DNA of 64,000 nt. Source: Eubacteriales bacterium (lineage in GTDB: Bacteria; Bacillota; Clostridia; Oscillospirales; CAG-272). The stretch spans positions 148-64,147 of the forward strand of contig JAZRFK010000087.1 of the NCBI GenBank assembly GCA_045661325.1. Reading direction: 5' to 3'. This document shows positions 20,701 to 30,376 of the stretch, in pieces (within the stretch, counting starts at the first letter, position 1; every line of letters begins with the position of its first letter). The notes under the pieces are model-generated. The model made no database searches, had not been told where the DNA came from, and saw only the letters and a program-made list of their open reading frames with translations. Made by a program: the position numbers and the translations under genes.

Positions 20701-23700
20701 GAGGAATACTGCAGGGTGAAATAGAAGCGAATGGCGTCCGACATATCCTGCTTCACGGCAACGCCGTCAGCCTGCACCCAGATACCTGCCATACCGTTGT
20801 CAAGGTCGCTCTGTGCCTCTTCCTTGGACATAGTAAAGTCAAAGTGGGCAAAGGCCTTAAAGACGGTGGATTTATCGGGAATTTTGGAGAGGGTTTCCTC
20901 CAAAACCGAGGTGTCAAGGCCGAGATAATAGCAAACGTCGGCCACGCGGTTCTGCAAAATTTCATCCTCGGTCAAGAGGCGGTCATAAACACGGACGGAG
21001 TAATAGGTGCCGCCGAGATAGCGCCAGATGTTGAAGCGCTTATCAAGCACGTCCTCCTTGGATAAATACTTATCATTCGTTATCTCTGCAAGCCATCCGC
21101 GCACGCCGTCAAGAGTCACGGTATAAACGGAGGCAAGATTCTCGTCATTTTCTTCTTCCATGCGGTCGTGCGTTACGGTATAGTTGACAATGGCGCCTTC
21201 CGTTCTGTTGGCCAAAACGTTATCTGCGCCTACCTCGTAACGACCCGATCCCCAGCAGCCCGATACCTGATACACCCAGCGGCGCTGCATATTGGCGTTG
21301 CCTGCGTGGCTATTGCAGACGAAGCCCATGCTGCGAAGGGGGCCAAGCACGAAGGCATAGTCATGGTAGAAGCCGTACTCCGAATACTCATCGTAGAAGG
21401 GAGTGAGGTTGCCCTCCTCGTCCTCTACCAGAATACCCTCGGGGGTTAAGACGGTCTCAATGGTGTAATCTCCCTCGGGAAGCATACCGTAATCAAGGGA
21501 AAGATAAAACTCCTTGGTATGCTCTGCACGGTACTCCTTGACCCGCTGCTGATCCACGGCAATCTGCGTTACAACGTCGCGCATTTGAAGGCCGCCCGTT
21601 TCGCTTCTCTTCCAGCCTCTTCCAATCAAGGTGCCAAAGGTGCCGTTCTTCACGGCGTTTGCCCAGATAACCTCGGTTTCGCCAAAGCGCGTTGCGGTAG
21701 AAAAGCCCTCGTAGGAGGAAAGAAGAACGGTAAGACCGTCGGTTACGTACAGCGAGGTATCCTTGTTCCAATCGGTCCGATACAGGTTTTGCGTGTCGCG
21801 AATGGTGTTTTCGAGGCTCTGCTTGTCTTTCGTCAAGGCGGTGGACTTCATCGTATCGACCAAAAAGGCCTTGGTTTCGGCGTCCATATTGCTCAAAACG
21901 GAAAGGTCTACCTCGGCATAGGCCAAAAGGTCAATCAGATGGTTATAGGCCATCTCGTACTCGGTCAGAACCGCGTCATACACGCGCACGGCATACACGC
22001 AAACGGGCGCGCGGCGGAAAAGATAAAACAGGGTTTCGCTATTGGCTCCCGTATAATAGGTGTTGCTGTTCGAGGCAGAAGCAACCGTGCTATCGTAATT
22101 ACCCGTGCGAACTGCCGTACTGTTTTTCAAAAGCGTGTATGTAGCAAGGGTTTTTGCACCCTCCACCGTCAAATCACGCACAATTTGCTGCGTGAAAACA
22201 CCCGAATCGTTACGGCTGCCGTCATACCAAAGCTGCTGGTTGTTATAGCTGGCATCGTACCAGTCGCCAGCACCGGGAGAGAGGAACCAACGGCAATAGC
22301 GGCGACCGCTGAGGGTGGTTCCCTCACTTCTGTCATAGATATTCTTTAACTGGCCGATGGCATCGGACAGAACGCCGCCCCACCAATCCTTGCCGCTGTA
22401 ATCGCCAAGCACGTTTCCGCTGTCATCAACGCTCTGCATATTCTTATACTGCACAACGTATTCAAGGGTAAAGTCCTCCTTGGGCAATGCGGCGATGCCA
22501 AAATCCAAGTAAATCTCCTGGGTATATGTTCCCTTCTTTGCATCGGTCGCCGAGACGTTCAAATCATAGCCGACGCCGCCGTTATCGTTGAGCTTCCACA
22601 GAGAGCCAACGAGGGTTGCGTCATAATTGCCCATTTTGTCATACCAGACATTCTTGGTATCCGTAAAGGCGATGGAGCCGGGCTTATATGCGGAAAGCAG
22701 CACGGAAAGGCTACCGCCGTTTTGGGTTTTGCTTCCGTCTGCACCGATATAAAGCTCGTCATACACGCTCTTGTTACGGAAGGCGGCCTCCTCTGCGCGA
22801 AGCTGCTCCAAATTCTCAACGATGCGCTCAATATTCGTAACGGTAGCGGTGAAATTCTCCTTGGCAACCAAGTCCAGAAAATCGTCTCTATCCGCTTCGG
22901 GAACCCTCTCATACAGAGAGAAGGGCGCGCCCGTAGAAAGCAAAATGTCAACGGCGCGGTTGAGCTTCAGCTCTGCATCCGTCAAGGGCTTGGTGTACAG
23001 GCGAACTGCGTACATCGTGCCGGGTATCGAACGGTTAAGAATGAAGCTGCCCACATATGGGGTATCCGCCTTGGCACACTTGTTGCCAAAATAGGCGTCC
23101 TTGGGGCAAGTGTTGCCGTTTTTCAAGAAGCTGTAATAATAATAGTCGGCGTCATTTGTCAGAGTTACCGTCATATTGACAATAGAGGTATCCTCACGGT
23201 GACAGCCAATGGCGTTGTTGGACATATTCGCCGTAGCGCAGAGCTTGCTCCAACTGTCAGTAGAGGAGTCGGCGTTTTCGGTATACATCACAATCATACC
23301 GTTTTTGTCACGCAAGCGGGTGGAGCCGTAGTCGCCGCACCAGAGGAAGCCGCGCAAGCGTCCAAGGGAAAGTCCCGCCATAGCCTCCTGGTATCCCTTA
23401 ACGGGGGTAACACCCTCTGCGTTCTCGGTCAAGCCACGGACGGAGGATACGATTTCAAGGGTATAGGTGTCGGTGGGCAAAAGAGAAACGTCCATCGACA
23501 AGGTACGGTCATTGTCCCACTTGGCCAAATCGAAGCCGACGCCGCCCTCTGCATAAGCGGTCCACGCGCCTGCGAAGGTGGCGTGCTTCGTTGCACCCTT
23601 CGCCACGTTCGTCCAAGTGGCACTATCCATATTCAAGGAGGAGTGGCCCTTAAAGGCAGTTAAAAGCACGGAAAGAACGCCGCCGTTGTCCGTTTTCTTT

Positions 23701-23861
23701 CCGTCAGCTCCGACGTATAAGTCAAGATAGCTCGTTGCCGTGCTTGACGCGGATTGCGACGCGCCCCCTTCCGTTTCTGCCGCCACAGGAAAGAGGGCGG
23801 TGGGGATGAGAGATGCCAGCATACAAAGCATCAAAAGAACGCTCAATAATCTTCTTTTCAT
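17763..23861 (-). CDS. Array paralog A (about 2032 aa): secreted; 3 LamG-like modules + conserved domain + GH141-like beta-helix
   Basis: RBS AAGGAG, signal peptide MKRRLLSVLLMLCML...VAA; LYVGADG/LYVTDGL...YAVRLY repeats; GDGSEAHPYT, FRNLYVDG, VDEEGEYYYD, SIGWNW, DGGAIY, YFDGSS. CDS secure, function inferred. Confidence 0.75.
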   Translation of the reverse strand: MKRRLLSVLLMLCMLASLIPTALFPVAAETEGGASQSASSTATSYLDLYVGADGKKTDNGGVLSVLLTAFKGHSSLNMDSATWTNVAKGATKHATFAGAWTAYAEGGVGFDLAKWDNDRTLSMDVSLLPTDTYTLEIVSSVRGLTENAEGVTPVKGYQEAMAGLSLGRLRGFLWCGDYGSTRLRDKNGMIVMYTENADSSTDSWSKLCATANMSNNAIGCHREDTSIVNMTVTLTNDADYYYYSFLKNGNTCPKDAYFGNKCAKADTPYVGSFILNRSIPGTMYAVRLYTKPLTDAELKLNRAVDILLSTGAPFSLYERVPEADRDDFLDLVAKENFTATVTNIERIVENLEQLRAEEAAFRNKSVYDELYIGADGSKTQNGGSLSVLLSAYKPGSIAFTDTKNVWYDKMGNYDATLVGSLWKLNDNGGVGYDLNVSATDAKKGTYTQEIYLDFGIAALPKEDFTLEYVVQYKNMQSVDDSGNVLGDYSGKDWWGGVLSDAIGQLKNIYDRSEGTTLSGRRYCRWFLSPGAGDWYDASYNNQQLWYDGSRNDSGVFTQQIVRDLTVEGAKTLATYTLLKNSTAVRTGNYDSTVASASNSNTYYTGANSETLFYLFRRAPVCVYAVRVYDAVLTEYEMAYNHLIDLLAYAEVDLSVLSNMDAETKAFLVDTMKSTALTKDKQSLENTIRDTQNLYRTDWNKDTSLYVTDGLTVLLSSYEGFSTATRFGETEVIWANAVKNGTFGTLIGRGWKRSETGGLQMRDVVTQIAVDQQRVKEYRAEHTKEFYLSLDYGMLPEGDYTIETVLTPEGILVEDEEGNLTPFYDEYSEYGFYHDYAFVLGPLRSMGFVCNSHAGNANMQRRWVYQVSGCWGSGRYEVGADNVLANRTEGAIVNYTVTHDRMEEENDENLASVYTVTLDGVRGWLAEITNDKYLSKEDVLDKRFNIWRYLGGTYYSVRVYDRLLTEDEILQNRVADVCYYLGLDTSVLEETLSKIPDKSTVFKAFAHFDFTMSKEEAQSDLDNGMAGIWVQADGVAVKQDMSDAIRFYFTLQYSSIAAIMQAGFSVEMGALVNVGSGDMPALLTGDYDYRFVAFDSVRGANKSYFLDEDTFAVTLSYEDADIDLYNQSLKVVTYVKLTSEEGEPLVFYGGFTGKDYGEYTSFFSVMKYLSERSSILNSELVDYVNTMVEDNYYEHIIYFDSNAEGEGDGSEAHPYTDFITAFEACNSVLTALDRPTNVRLMVEGGVHSITELVEFDFEEITYPYYYYTIEGNYLSDEIPELTTTVGLDSSDFAAVAGKSGLYVYEFAPDENGEYPKFRNLYVDGMMATRSHTTPTTTSKGERPYEFRYDRDLDGTYLLAKYYFDNGVLAEHSPEVEYASRPERTDLIASYTRHYNQFMALGKSYEMPAVDPEARPGRFYVQLDMIESLSAITAERLAELKESKSFWTGEVTRLTALVAEKQSAYNAAKADYDAKLEKASASGATDADKKAYLAAKAVMEDALAVLEAKQGELVNAEAMVYDATTSYKTCLKGLGIEMHAAAEWCFNIMSVDGIDFDDVVYYRNPETKSVETLVAVYLNKEQYTKFAIGGSGGMANRLYSIQNALSFVDEEGEYYYDEEKGKLYYFTEYDMEALSISYPTMDNLFVFHNSNNLVISDLTIWGVDDYALSVIGLAANQAGQNSLEVPATGVTWFSERAAIAIHDTNNTVIQDCYFHDLGGSAIYVQGKTQNSVISGNEIENVGDAGIRARGSYAPWGGNRAFSDISGVENVVIKQNYIHDVARVNFASVGIYLPSCKNVEIANNTIIGCSYSGMSIGWNWSAATWEEGEKINLYNVEIHHNYVTDFMQELGDGGAIYMLGGNLKPDNPKQINFIHHNFVVCSEFSGNGRGEFSACYYFDGSSTNWSNYNNVGVRHSQGADRGAAAGANARDYYLYMRHKSMHMVYKQTQQSAYSYNIHSYNNYYYNVRATTVQKQQNEVFVIGSDYAKRGHQVYSNYYFSGSTKLSFASSVQRQIEETGASMHPGEWQWLIGNEY

Positions 23862-23922
23862 CTTTTTTCTCCTTTTTCCTCGGTAAGCCGAGGGAGATAA
23901 CAAAATATGTTTATACGATTAT

Positions 23923-23951
23923 ATTTTACACGAAAACAGGCAAAAAAGCAA
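23923..23951 (-). promoter_or_regulatory. sigmaA-type promoter of paralog A
   Basis: TTGCTT-17 nt-TAAAAT; nearly identical to the paralog F promoter. Confidence 0.6.
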
Positions 23952-24021
23952 GGTGCTTCCCTCAATTTCGTTAGAATATCTAACTTTTATCCTCGCTCTT
24001 TGTGCATTTCGCTTGCTTTTC

Positions 24022-24063
24022 AAAAAAAGAAGGCGGCGCCCTTTTTTCAAAGGACGCCGTCTT
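24022..24063 (-). terminator. Terminator of paralog B
   Basis: AAGACGGCGTCCTTT...AAAGGGCGCCGCCTT followed by CTTTTTTT. Confidence 0.75.
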
Positions 24064-24074
24064 GGGCTGTAAAA

Positions 24075-27000
24075 TCAATAATCGTTGCCAAGCAACCATT
24101 CCCATTCGCCGGGACGCATACGGGAGCCGCATTCCTCTATCAACGCTTTTATGTTGTTACTGAATGCCAGCTTGTTGCTTCCGTAGAAGTAAGAGCAATC
24201 GCGAATGATGTGTCCGTGCTCCTTCCAGCTGGTATGCATATGGAAGACCTCATTCTGCTGCTCTGCGCCCGTTTTAGCGCGCACGTTGTAGAAATAGTTG
24301 TTCCAAGAATGAATGTTGTAGGAAATGGCCTGGGGGTGATTCTGCTTGAACATCAGGTTCGAGCCCTTCATGCTCATATAATGGTGATAATCCGCATCAG
24401 ACGCCCCTGCGAGCTTTCCTCTGTCTGCGCCTTCGGAATAGTTGACGCAGATGTTATTGTAGTTCGACCAGTTGGACGAGGCACCGTCATAATAATATCC
24501 GTTGGTCAACTCGTTCATACCGTTGCCCGTATATTTACTCATAACGACAAAGTTGTGGTGACAGAAGTTGACCTGCTTGGGATTATCGGGCTTCAGGTTT
24601 CCGCCAAGCACGTAAATGGCGCCGCCGTCTCCCAGCTCACGCATAAAGTCGGTAATATAGTTATGGTGAATATTGACGTTATAGAGGTTATAGCGCTCGT
24701 GCTCTTCCCAGGTTCCCGGAGAATAATACCAGCCGATAGAAATGCCCGTATAGGAGCAGCCGATGATGGTATTATAGGAAAGCTCCGCATCCTTCGTGGA
24801 GGGCATGGTGATGGCAGGAGCGGCATAAGACTCGGTGGACACCTCGTGAATATAGTTCTCGGTGATTAAGATGCCCTCCGCGCCGCTTCGCTCGGAATAT
24901 TCGGGGCTTCCGCCCGGTACACCGGGGACAGGGGCAATGTTGATGGTATGCGCGCCGATTTCCTCAAACTCGTTGCCCGAGATGGTGACGTTCTCGGTTC
25001 TGCCCTCCATATAGATGGCGGCCGCAGCGAGATCATGGAAATAGCAATCGCGAATAACCGTGTTGCTGGTATCCCAAGAGGTGAATACCGATTTTCTGGT
25101 AAAGCTGATAACATAATCCTTTTCTTGCACGATTTTGTTACCGCCGCCCTGATTGGACGCGATACCGTATATAGACAAATCAAAATTATCAACGCCCCAG
25201 AAGGTCAGGTCAGCCAGAATAAAATTGTTGGTGTTTTCAAAAACGAAGATGTTATCCAACGTCGGACGGGAGAAGGACAGCTCCTCAATATCGTACTCGG
25301 TATAGTAGTAAAGCTTACCCTCGTTCTCGTCATAGTAGTACTCGCCCTCCTCGTCCACAAAGCAAAGGGCGTTTTGTACGGAATAGAGTCTGTCTTCCGT
25401 GTAATAGTTGGGGGGAATCTGGAAGTGCTCATACTGGGACTCATTCAGATAGACGGCCACCAAGGTTTCCACCTTGTTGTGTCTTTCATCGTAATAATAG
25501 GTGATGTCATCGTAGTCGATGCCGTCAATATCCATAATGTTGAAGCACCAGTTGGCCGCAACGTGCAGCTCGATATTCAAGCCGCGCGTGGCGATTTTGT
25601 AAGACGTATCGTTATATACGCGCCACTTGGCGTCTTCCAGATAAGCCTTTGCCTCGGCAACGGGGGCCTCAGCCGCTTCCATCACTGCCTTGGCGGCGAT
25701 ATAGGCAATCTTCTCCTCATCGGTGGCGTCTGCCTTGCCTGCCGCGGCAAGCTTTTCCTCGTAATCGGTCTTGGCGGCGGCGTAAGCTGCCTCCTTATCG
25801 GCAAGAAGCGCTTCTCTTCTTGCTACCTCGGAAAGCCAGTATTCCTTATTCGCCTTCAAATCGGCAAGTCTTTCTTCCACAAGCTCGCGCAGACCCTCTA
25901 CCGTTTCCATATGGACGTAGAAACGGCCAAGACGCTCTTCCTCCGTAAAGGTAGGCGCTTCGTAGGTGATGTTGGCCACCTTGACGCTTCCGCTATACGC
26001 CTTGATAAAGTCATCCTTGAAATAGGCGACAGCGGCCGCATATTCCTCGCCCATACCGCTTCTGATGTCCTCAGCCGTTAAGGCGGTAAAGGTTGCTTTG
26101 TCGTTGGCGTTATAGGCGGCACGCAGGTCGGTAAGCGCCAAGAACCACAGGTAATGCACGGTATAAGACTCAATCAGGTCGGTTCTTTCGGGCCTATCCT
26201 GATATTCCACCTCAGGCGCATGCTCGGAAAGCGTGCCCTTCAGATAATAGAACTGTGCCAAATGATAGGTTCCGGGAATATCTCTGTCATAAGCGAAGGT
26301 AAGGGGGCGCTCGCCACGAGAGGTTGTGGTGGGGGTTGTGTGAGAGCGGGTTGCCGTTACACCGTCCACATACAGATTGCGGAATTCGGGATATTTGCCG
26401 TTTTCATCGGGCGCAAACTCGTAGACGTAAAGACCCGACTTTCCTGCCACAGCCTCAAAATCCGAGGAAGAAAGGCCCACAACGGTGGTCAGCTCGGGAA
26501 TCTCCTCAGCCAGATAGTCTCCCTCGATGGTGTAATAGTAGTAGGGGTATGTTATTTCGTCAAAATCGAATTCCAATATTTCGGAGATGGCGTGTGTTCC
26601 GCCCTCAACGAAGAGGCGCACATTGGTGGGTCTATCCAAGGAAACCAAAGCATTGTTGCAGGCCTCAAAGGCATCGGAAAAGTCGGTGTAGGGCTTTTCC
26701 TTGCTTCCGTCTCCTACGCCATCGGCATGAGAATCGAAATAAACGGTCTTGTCATAGTAGCAGCTATCCACAGCGTCCGAAATATAGCCGGCAACAGCGG
26801 AATCATCCGTTATCTCGATGGAATCGAAATAATGCATCAGGGTAAAGAAGGAGGTCATGTCTCCGTATTCCTTACCTGCAAAGCCGCCGTAGAACACCAT
26901 TTCCTCGCCATTGGCCATGGTCAAGCGCACATAAGTGACAACCTTTAGCTTTTGGTTATAGAGGTCAATATTGCCATCCTGATAGGAAAGGGTGACCGCA

Positions 27001-30000
27001 TAGGTGTCTTCATCCAGGAAGTACTGCTTGTGGGCGCCTGCAACGGAATCAAAGGCCACGAAGCGATAGTCATACTCCCCTTCTGTCAAATCGGGCATTT
27101 CTTCGCTGAGGTTGACAAGGGTGCCAAGCTCAACGGCGAAGCCTGCCTGCATAATGGCGGTGATAGAGGCTTGACGCAGAGAGAAATAAAAGCGAATGGC
27201 ATCGGACATATCCTGCTTCACAGCGGCACCGTCATAGCCTACCCAGATGCCTGCCATTCCGTTATCAAGCTCCTTTTGCGCCTCTTCCTTGGTCATATTA
27301 AAGGAGAGGTGAGCAAAGGCCTTGAAGACGGTTGCCTTATCGGGAATTTTGGAAAGGGTGTCCACCAGCATGGAGATATCCAAATCGAAGTAGTAGCAAA
27401 TGTCTGCCACGTGGTTCTGAATCTTTTCTTCCTCGGAAAGCAGGCGGTTGTAGATACGGATGGAATAGTGGGTTGCGGCCATTCCGCGCCACATATCAAA
27501 GACCTGGTCTACTACCTTGTCCTTGGTCATATAAATCTCTGCCGAAATCTCGGAGAGCAGCCCTCTCTTTCCGTTGTGAGAGGTGGTATAGGTGGCGATA
27601 ATACCGTCATTGTCCACCTCCTCGAAGATATCGTGCTCGATGGTGTAATTGACGATACCTGCATTCAGAACGGGGCCTACGCCGTAGTCTCTGCCCACCT
27701 TCACGCGCGTGGCGTCCGTTCTGTCATTCCAGCACTGGCTTTCCTGATACAGCCAACGGTGCTGCAAATCATAGGCGCCTTCGGATTTGGTATCGCACAC
27801 CCAGCCAATCGTGCGGTAAGGGCCGATAACCATCATTCTGTCGGTGTAAATACCGTAACGGCTGTAATCGTCGTAAAGCAGGGTGATGTTGCCCTCGGCA
27901 TCCTCAACGGTCAAGCCTTCGGGGTCATAGATGGACTCGATGGTGAACTCACCCTCGGGCAGATAGCTATAATCAAAATTGATATAATACTCGTTTTTCT
28001 GGGCGGTGCGGTAGGCCTCTACCTTTTTATTGGCAAGAGAAAGCTGGGGGATGGTTTCACGGATGCGGATGCCGCCGTCCTCATTTCTGTACCAGCCCTT
28101 ACCCACCAAAGTGCCAAAGGTGGCGTTTTTAACGGCGTTTGTCCAGATAACCTTGGTTTCGTCAAAGCGCGTAGAGGTGGAGAAGCCATCATAGGAGGCC
28201 AAAAGCACCTCAAGCCCATCGGTGACATAAAGGGAGCTTTCGGCATCCCACTTGCTGACAACCAGGCCCAAAACGTTATCCAAGGCCTTGTCAAACTCTG
28301 CCTTATCAACGAACGCCGTTTCCTTCAATGCGTCTACCACGAAGGCACGGGTTTCAGCGTCCATATTGGTATATTCCGTGATGGCGGTGCCTGTGTAGGC
28401 CAGCAAATCAATAAAGTGGTTGGTGGCCAGCTCCGCTTCGGTCAAGGGCTTGGTGTAAAGACGCATCGCGTATATGGTGGCCGGCATGGAGCGATTGATG
28501 ATAAAGCTGCCAACGTAAGCCGAGTCACCCTTGGCACAGCCGCTGGTGGTGGGGGTGATGTCATAGCCGTTTTTGGTGAAGGAATATTTGTACTTGGTAT
28601 CGGTTTCAGTCAGGGTAATGGCAAGACTGATAACGTCGGTATCCAAGCGATAAGCATCAATTCTCGTGTTCCAATGGCCAGAGGCGCTTCCCGTTGTACT
28701 GTAATCATCCGTGGCGGTGGTGGAGGCCTCACTATACATCGTTACAATGGAGTTACCGTAGCGGGTGTGATAGGGGTCCTTGGTGCCAAGAGGGCCACAG
28801 AAAAGGAAGCCACGGAAGCGGCCAAGAGAAATAGAAGCGGTTTGTCCGTAAACGTTGTAGGAGGTCACACCGTCAGCATTCTGCGTAATACCGCGAACCG
28901 AGGAAACATATTCTAAGGTGTAGGTATCGGTGGGAAGGGCGGTGGGATCAATGGAAAGATACTGGGAATAGTCAAAGGCGGAAAGATCATAGCCAATACC
29001 GCCATCTGCGTACTTCTGCCAGAGAGAGCCTGCGAGGGTTGCGTTATAGTTGCCCATCTTGTCATACCAAACGGTAGACTTTTCATGGACGATAACGGAG
29101 CTTGTGTCATAAGCGGAAAGCAGAATGGACAAAACGCCGCCATTTTCGGTTTTGCTTCCGTCTGCACCGACGTAAAGCGCGTCATACGCCGTTTTCTTGG
29201 AGGCCTCTTTTTCAATGGCGCGAATGGCAGCCAGCTCTGTAACAATCGCGTTAACGTCCTCGGCAGTAAGAGCAAAGTCCTTCTCTGCCACAAGGTTAAG
29301 GAAGGTCTTTTTATCGTCATCGTGAACGGATTGGTATACGGAGAAGGGGATATCGGCGTGGAGCAAAATATCCACGGCGCGATTTTGCGCCAGCTCAGTA
29401 TCGGTCAGAGGCTTGGTGTAAAGGCGCACGGCGTAATAGGTGGCAGGCATCGCGCGGTTGATAATGAAGCTGCCAACGTAGGGCTGTTCTCCCTTGGTAC
29501 AACCGCGGGCGCCGGGCGTTATATCGGTGCCGTTATGTTGGAACTTATATTCGTATTTGGTTGTGGTTTCCGTTAAGGTGATAGTGAGAGACTGGGTTGT
29601 GGGATTCTCACGGTAAAGATCAAGCCTGCTGCCCCATTGGTTCGAAAGAGCACCCGTGACATAATAATCATCCGAGGCAGAATCAATGGATTCGGTATAC
29701 ATAGTGACAAGGGAGTTGCCGTAACGGGAATGATAGGGGTCAGCGGTGCCGAGAGGGCCGCAGAAGAGGAAGCTGCGGAAGCGGCCAAGGGAGATATTGG
29801 CAATCGTGGAGAACTTGTTGAAGGTGGTTACGCCGTCGGCATTTTCCGTAACGCCGCGAACGGAGGATACAATTTCAAGAGTATAGGTGTCCGTGGGAAG
29901 CAAGGACGCATCCATAGACAGCAAATAGTTCTCGTCAAAGGTGGCAAGGTCATAGCCAATGCCGCCCTTCTCATAAGCCGTCCACGTACCGCCAAGAGTG

Positions 30001-30290
30001 GCGTGCTTCGTGGCGCCTGCGGCCGTATTGGTCCAAGCGCTGTTCAAGAGGTCAACGGTGGATGCCGATTGATAGGCGGTCATCAAAACGGTCAGGATTC
30101 CCCCATTAACCGTTGCTTCGCCGCCAACGCCGACATAAAGATCCGTATAGCTTGCAGGGCCGCCTTGCGAAGCGCCTGCCCCACCGCTTTGGGCGCCATC
30201 ATCCGCCGCCGACGCAGGAAAAAGCGCCACCGGTATCAAGGACGCCATCATACAAAGCATTAACAGAAAGCTCAAAATTCTTTTTTTCAT
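24075..30290 (-). CDS. Array paralog B (2071 aa); module 2 is a copy of module 1
   Basis: Same architecture and motifs as A; signal peptide MKKRILSFLLMLCMMASLIPVALFPASA. Confidence 0.75.
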   Translation of the reverse strand: MKKRILSFLLMLCMMASLIPVALFPASAADDGAQSGGAGASQGGPASYTDLYVGVGGEATVNGGILTVLMTAYQSASTVDLLNSAWTNTAAGATKHATLGGTWTAYEKGGIGYDLATFDENYLLSMDASLLPTDTYTLEIVSSVRGVTENADGVTTFNKFSTIANISLGRFRSFLFCGPLGTADPYHSRYGNSLVTMYTESIDSASDDYYVTGALSNQWGSRLDLYRENPTTQSLTITLTETTTKYEYKFQHNGTDITPGARGCTKGEQPYVGSFIINRAMPATYYAVRLYTKPLTDTELAQNRAVDILLHADIPFSVYQSVHDDDKKTFLNLVAEKDFALTAEDVNAIVTELAAIRAIEKEASKKTAYDALYVGADGSKTENGGVLSILLSAYDTSSVIVHEKSTVWYDKMGNYNATLAGSLWQKYADGGIGYDLSAFDYSQYLSIDPTALPTDTYTLEYVSSVRGITQNADGVTSYNVYGQTASISLGRFRGFLFCGPLGTKDPYHTRYGNSIVTMYSEASTTATDDYSTTGSASGHWNTRIDAYRLDTDVISLAITLTETDTKYKYSFTKNGYDITPTTSGCAKGDSAYVGSFIINRSMPATIYAMRLYTKPLTEAELATNHFIDLLAYTGTAITEYTNMDAETRAFVVDALKETAFVDKAEFDKALDNVLGLVVSKWDAESSLYVTDGLEVLLASYDGFSTSTRFDETKVIWTNAVKNATFGTLVGKGWYRNEDGGIRIRETIPQLSLANKKVEAYRTAQKNEYYINFDYSYLPEGEFTIESIYDPEGLTVEDAEGNITLLYDDYSRYGIYTDRMMVIGPYRTIGWVCDTKSEGAYDLQHRWLYQESQCWNDRTDATRVKVGRDYGVGPVLNAGIVNYTIEHDIFEEVDNDGIIATYTTSHNGKRGLLSEISAEIYMTKDKVVDQVFDMWRGMAATHYSIRIYNRLLSEEEKIQNHVADICYYFDLDISMLVDTLSKIPDKATVFKAFAHLSFNMTKEEAQKELDNGMAGIWVGYDGAAVKQDMSDAIRFYFSLRQASITAIMQAGFAVELGTLVNLSEEMPDLTEGEYDYRFVAFDSVAGAHKQYFLDEDTYAVTLSYQDGNIDLYNQKLKVVTYVRLTMANGEEMVFYGGFAGKEYGDMTSFFTLMHYFDSIEITDDSAVAGYISDAVDSCYYDKTVYFDSHADGVGDGSKEKPYTDFSDAFEACNNALVSLDRPTNVRLFVEGGTHAISEILEFDFDEITYPYYYYTIEGDYLAEEIPELTTVVGLSSSDFEAVAGKSGLYVYEFAPDENGKYPEFRNLYVDGVTATRSHTTPTTTSRGERPLTFAYDRDIPGTYHLAQFYYLKGTLSEHAPEVEYQDRPERTDLIESYTVHYLWFLALTDLRAAYNANDKATFTALTAEDIRSGMGEEYAAAVAYFKDDFIKAYSGSVKVANITYEAPTFTEEERLGRFYVHMETVEGLRELVEERLADLKANKEYWLSEVARREALLADKEAAYAAAKTDYEEKLAAAGKADATDEEKIAYIAAKAVMEAAEAPVAEAKAYLEDAKWRVYNDTSYKIATRGLNIELHVAANWCFNIMDIDGIDYDDITYYYDERHNKVETLVAVYLNESQYEHFQIPPNYYTEDRLYSVQNALCFVDEEGEYYYDENEGKLYYYTEYDIEELSFSRPTLDNIFVFENTNNFILADLTFWGVDNFDLSIYGIASNQGGGNKIVQEKDYVISFTRKSVFTSWDTSNTVIRDCYFHDLAAAAIYMEGRTENVTISGNEFEEIGAHTINIAPVPGVPGGSPEYSERSGAEGILITENYIHEVSTESYAAPAITMPSTKDAELSYNTIIGCSYTGISIGWYYSPGTWEEHERYNLYNVNIHHNYITDFMRELGDGGAIYVLGGNLKPDNPKQVNFCHHNFVVMSKYTGNGMNELTNGYYYDGASSNWSNYNNICVNYSEGADRGKLAGASDADYHHYMSMKGSNLMFKQNHPQAISYNIHSWNNYFYNVRAKTGAEQQNEVFHMHTSWKEHGHIIRDCSYFYGSNKLAFSNNIKALIEECGSRMRPGEWEWLLGNDY

Positions 30291-30347
30291 AAGCCATCTC
30301 CCGTTTTTATCGATTTTGCCAAAAGCAACAAAAATCCAACATACATC

Positions 30348-30376
30348 ATGTTATCAAAAAAGCCAATAAAAGTCAA
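30348..30376 (-). promoter_or_regulatory. sigmaA-type promoter of paralog B
   Basis: TTGACT-17 nt-TAACAT with extended TG. Confidence 0.55.

Noticed and set aside
23780-23861. Conserved Cys in the signal peptides (LCM) as a lipoprotein signal
   Set aside because: The Cys lies within the hydrophobic core without a lipobox; the peptides end in SPase I-like P-(A/V)-x-A sites.
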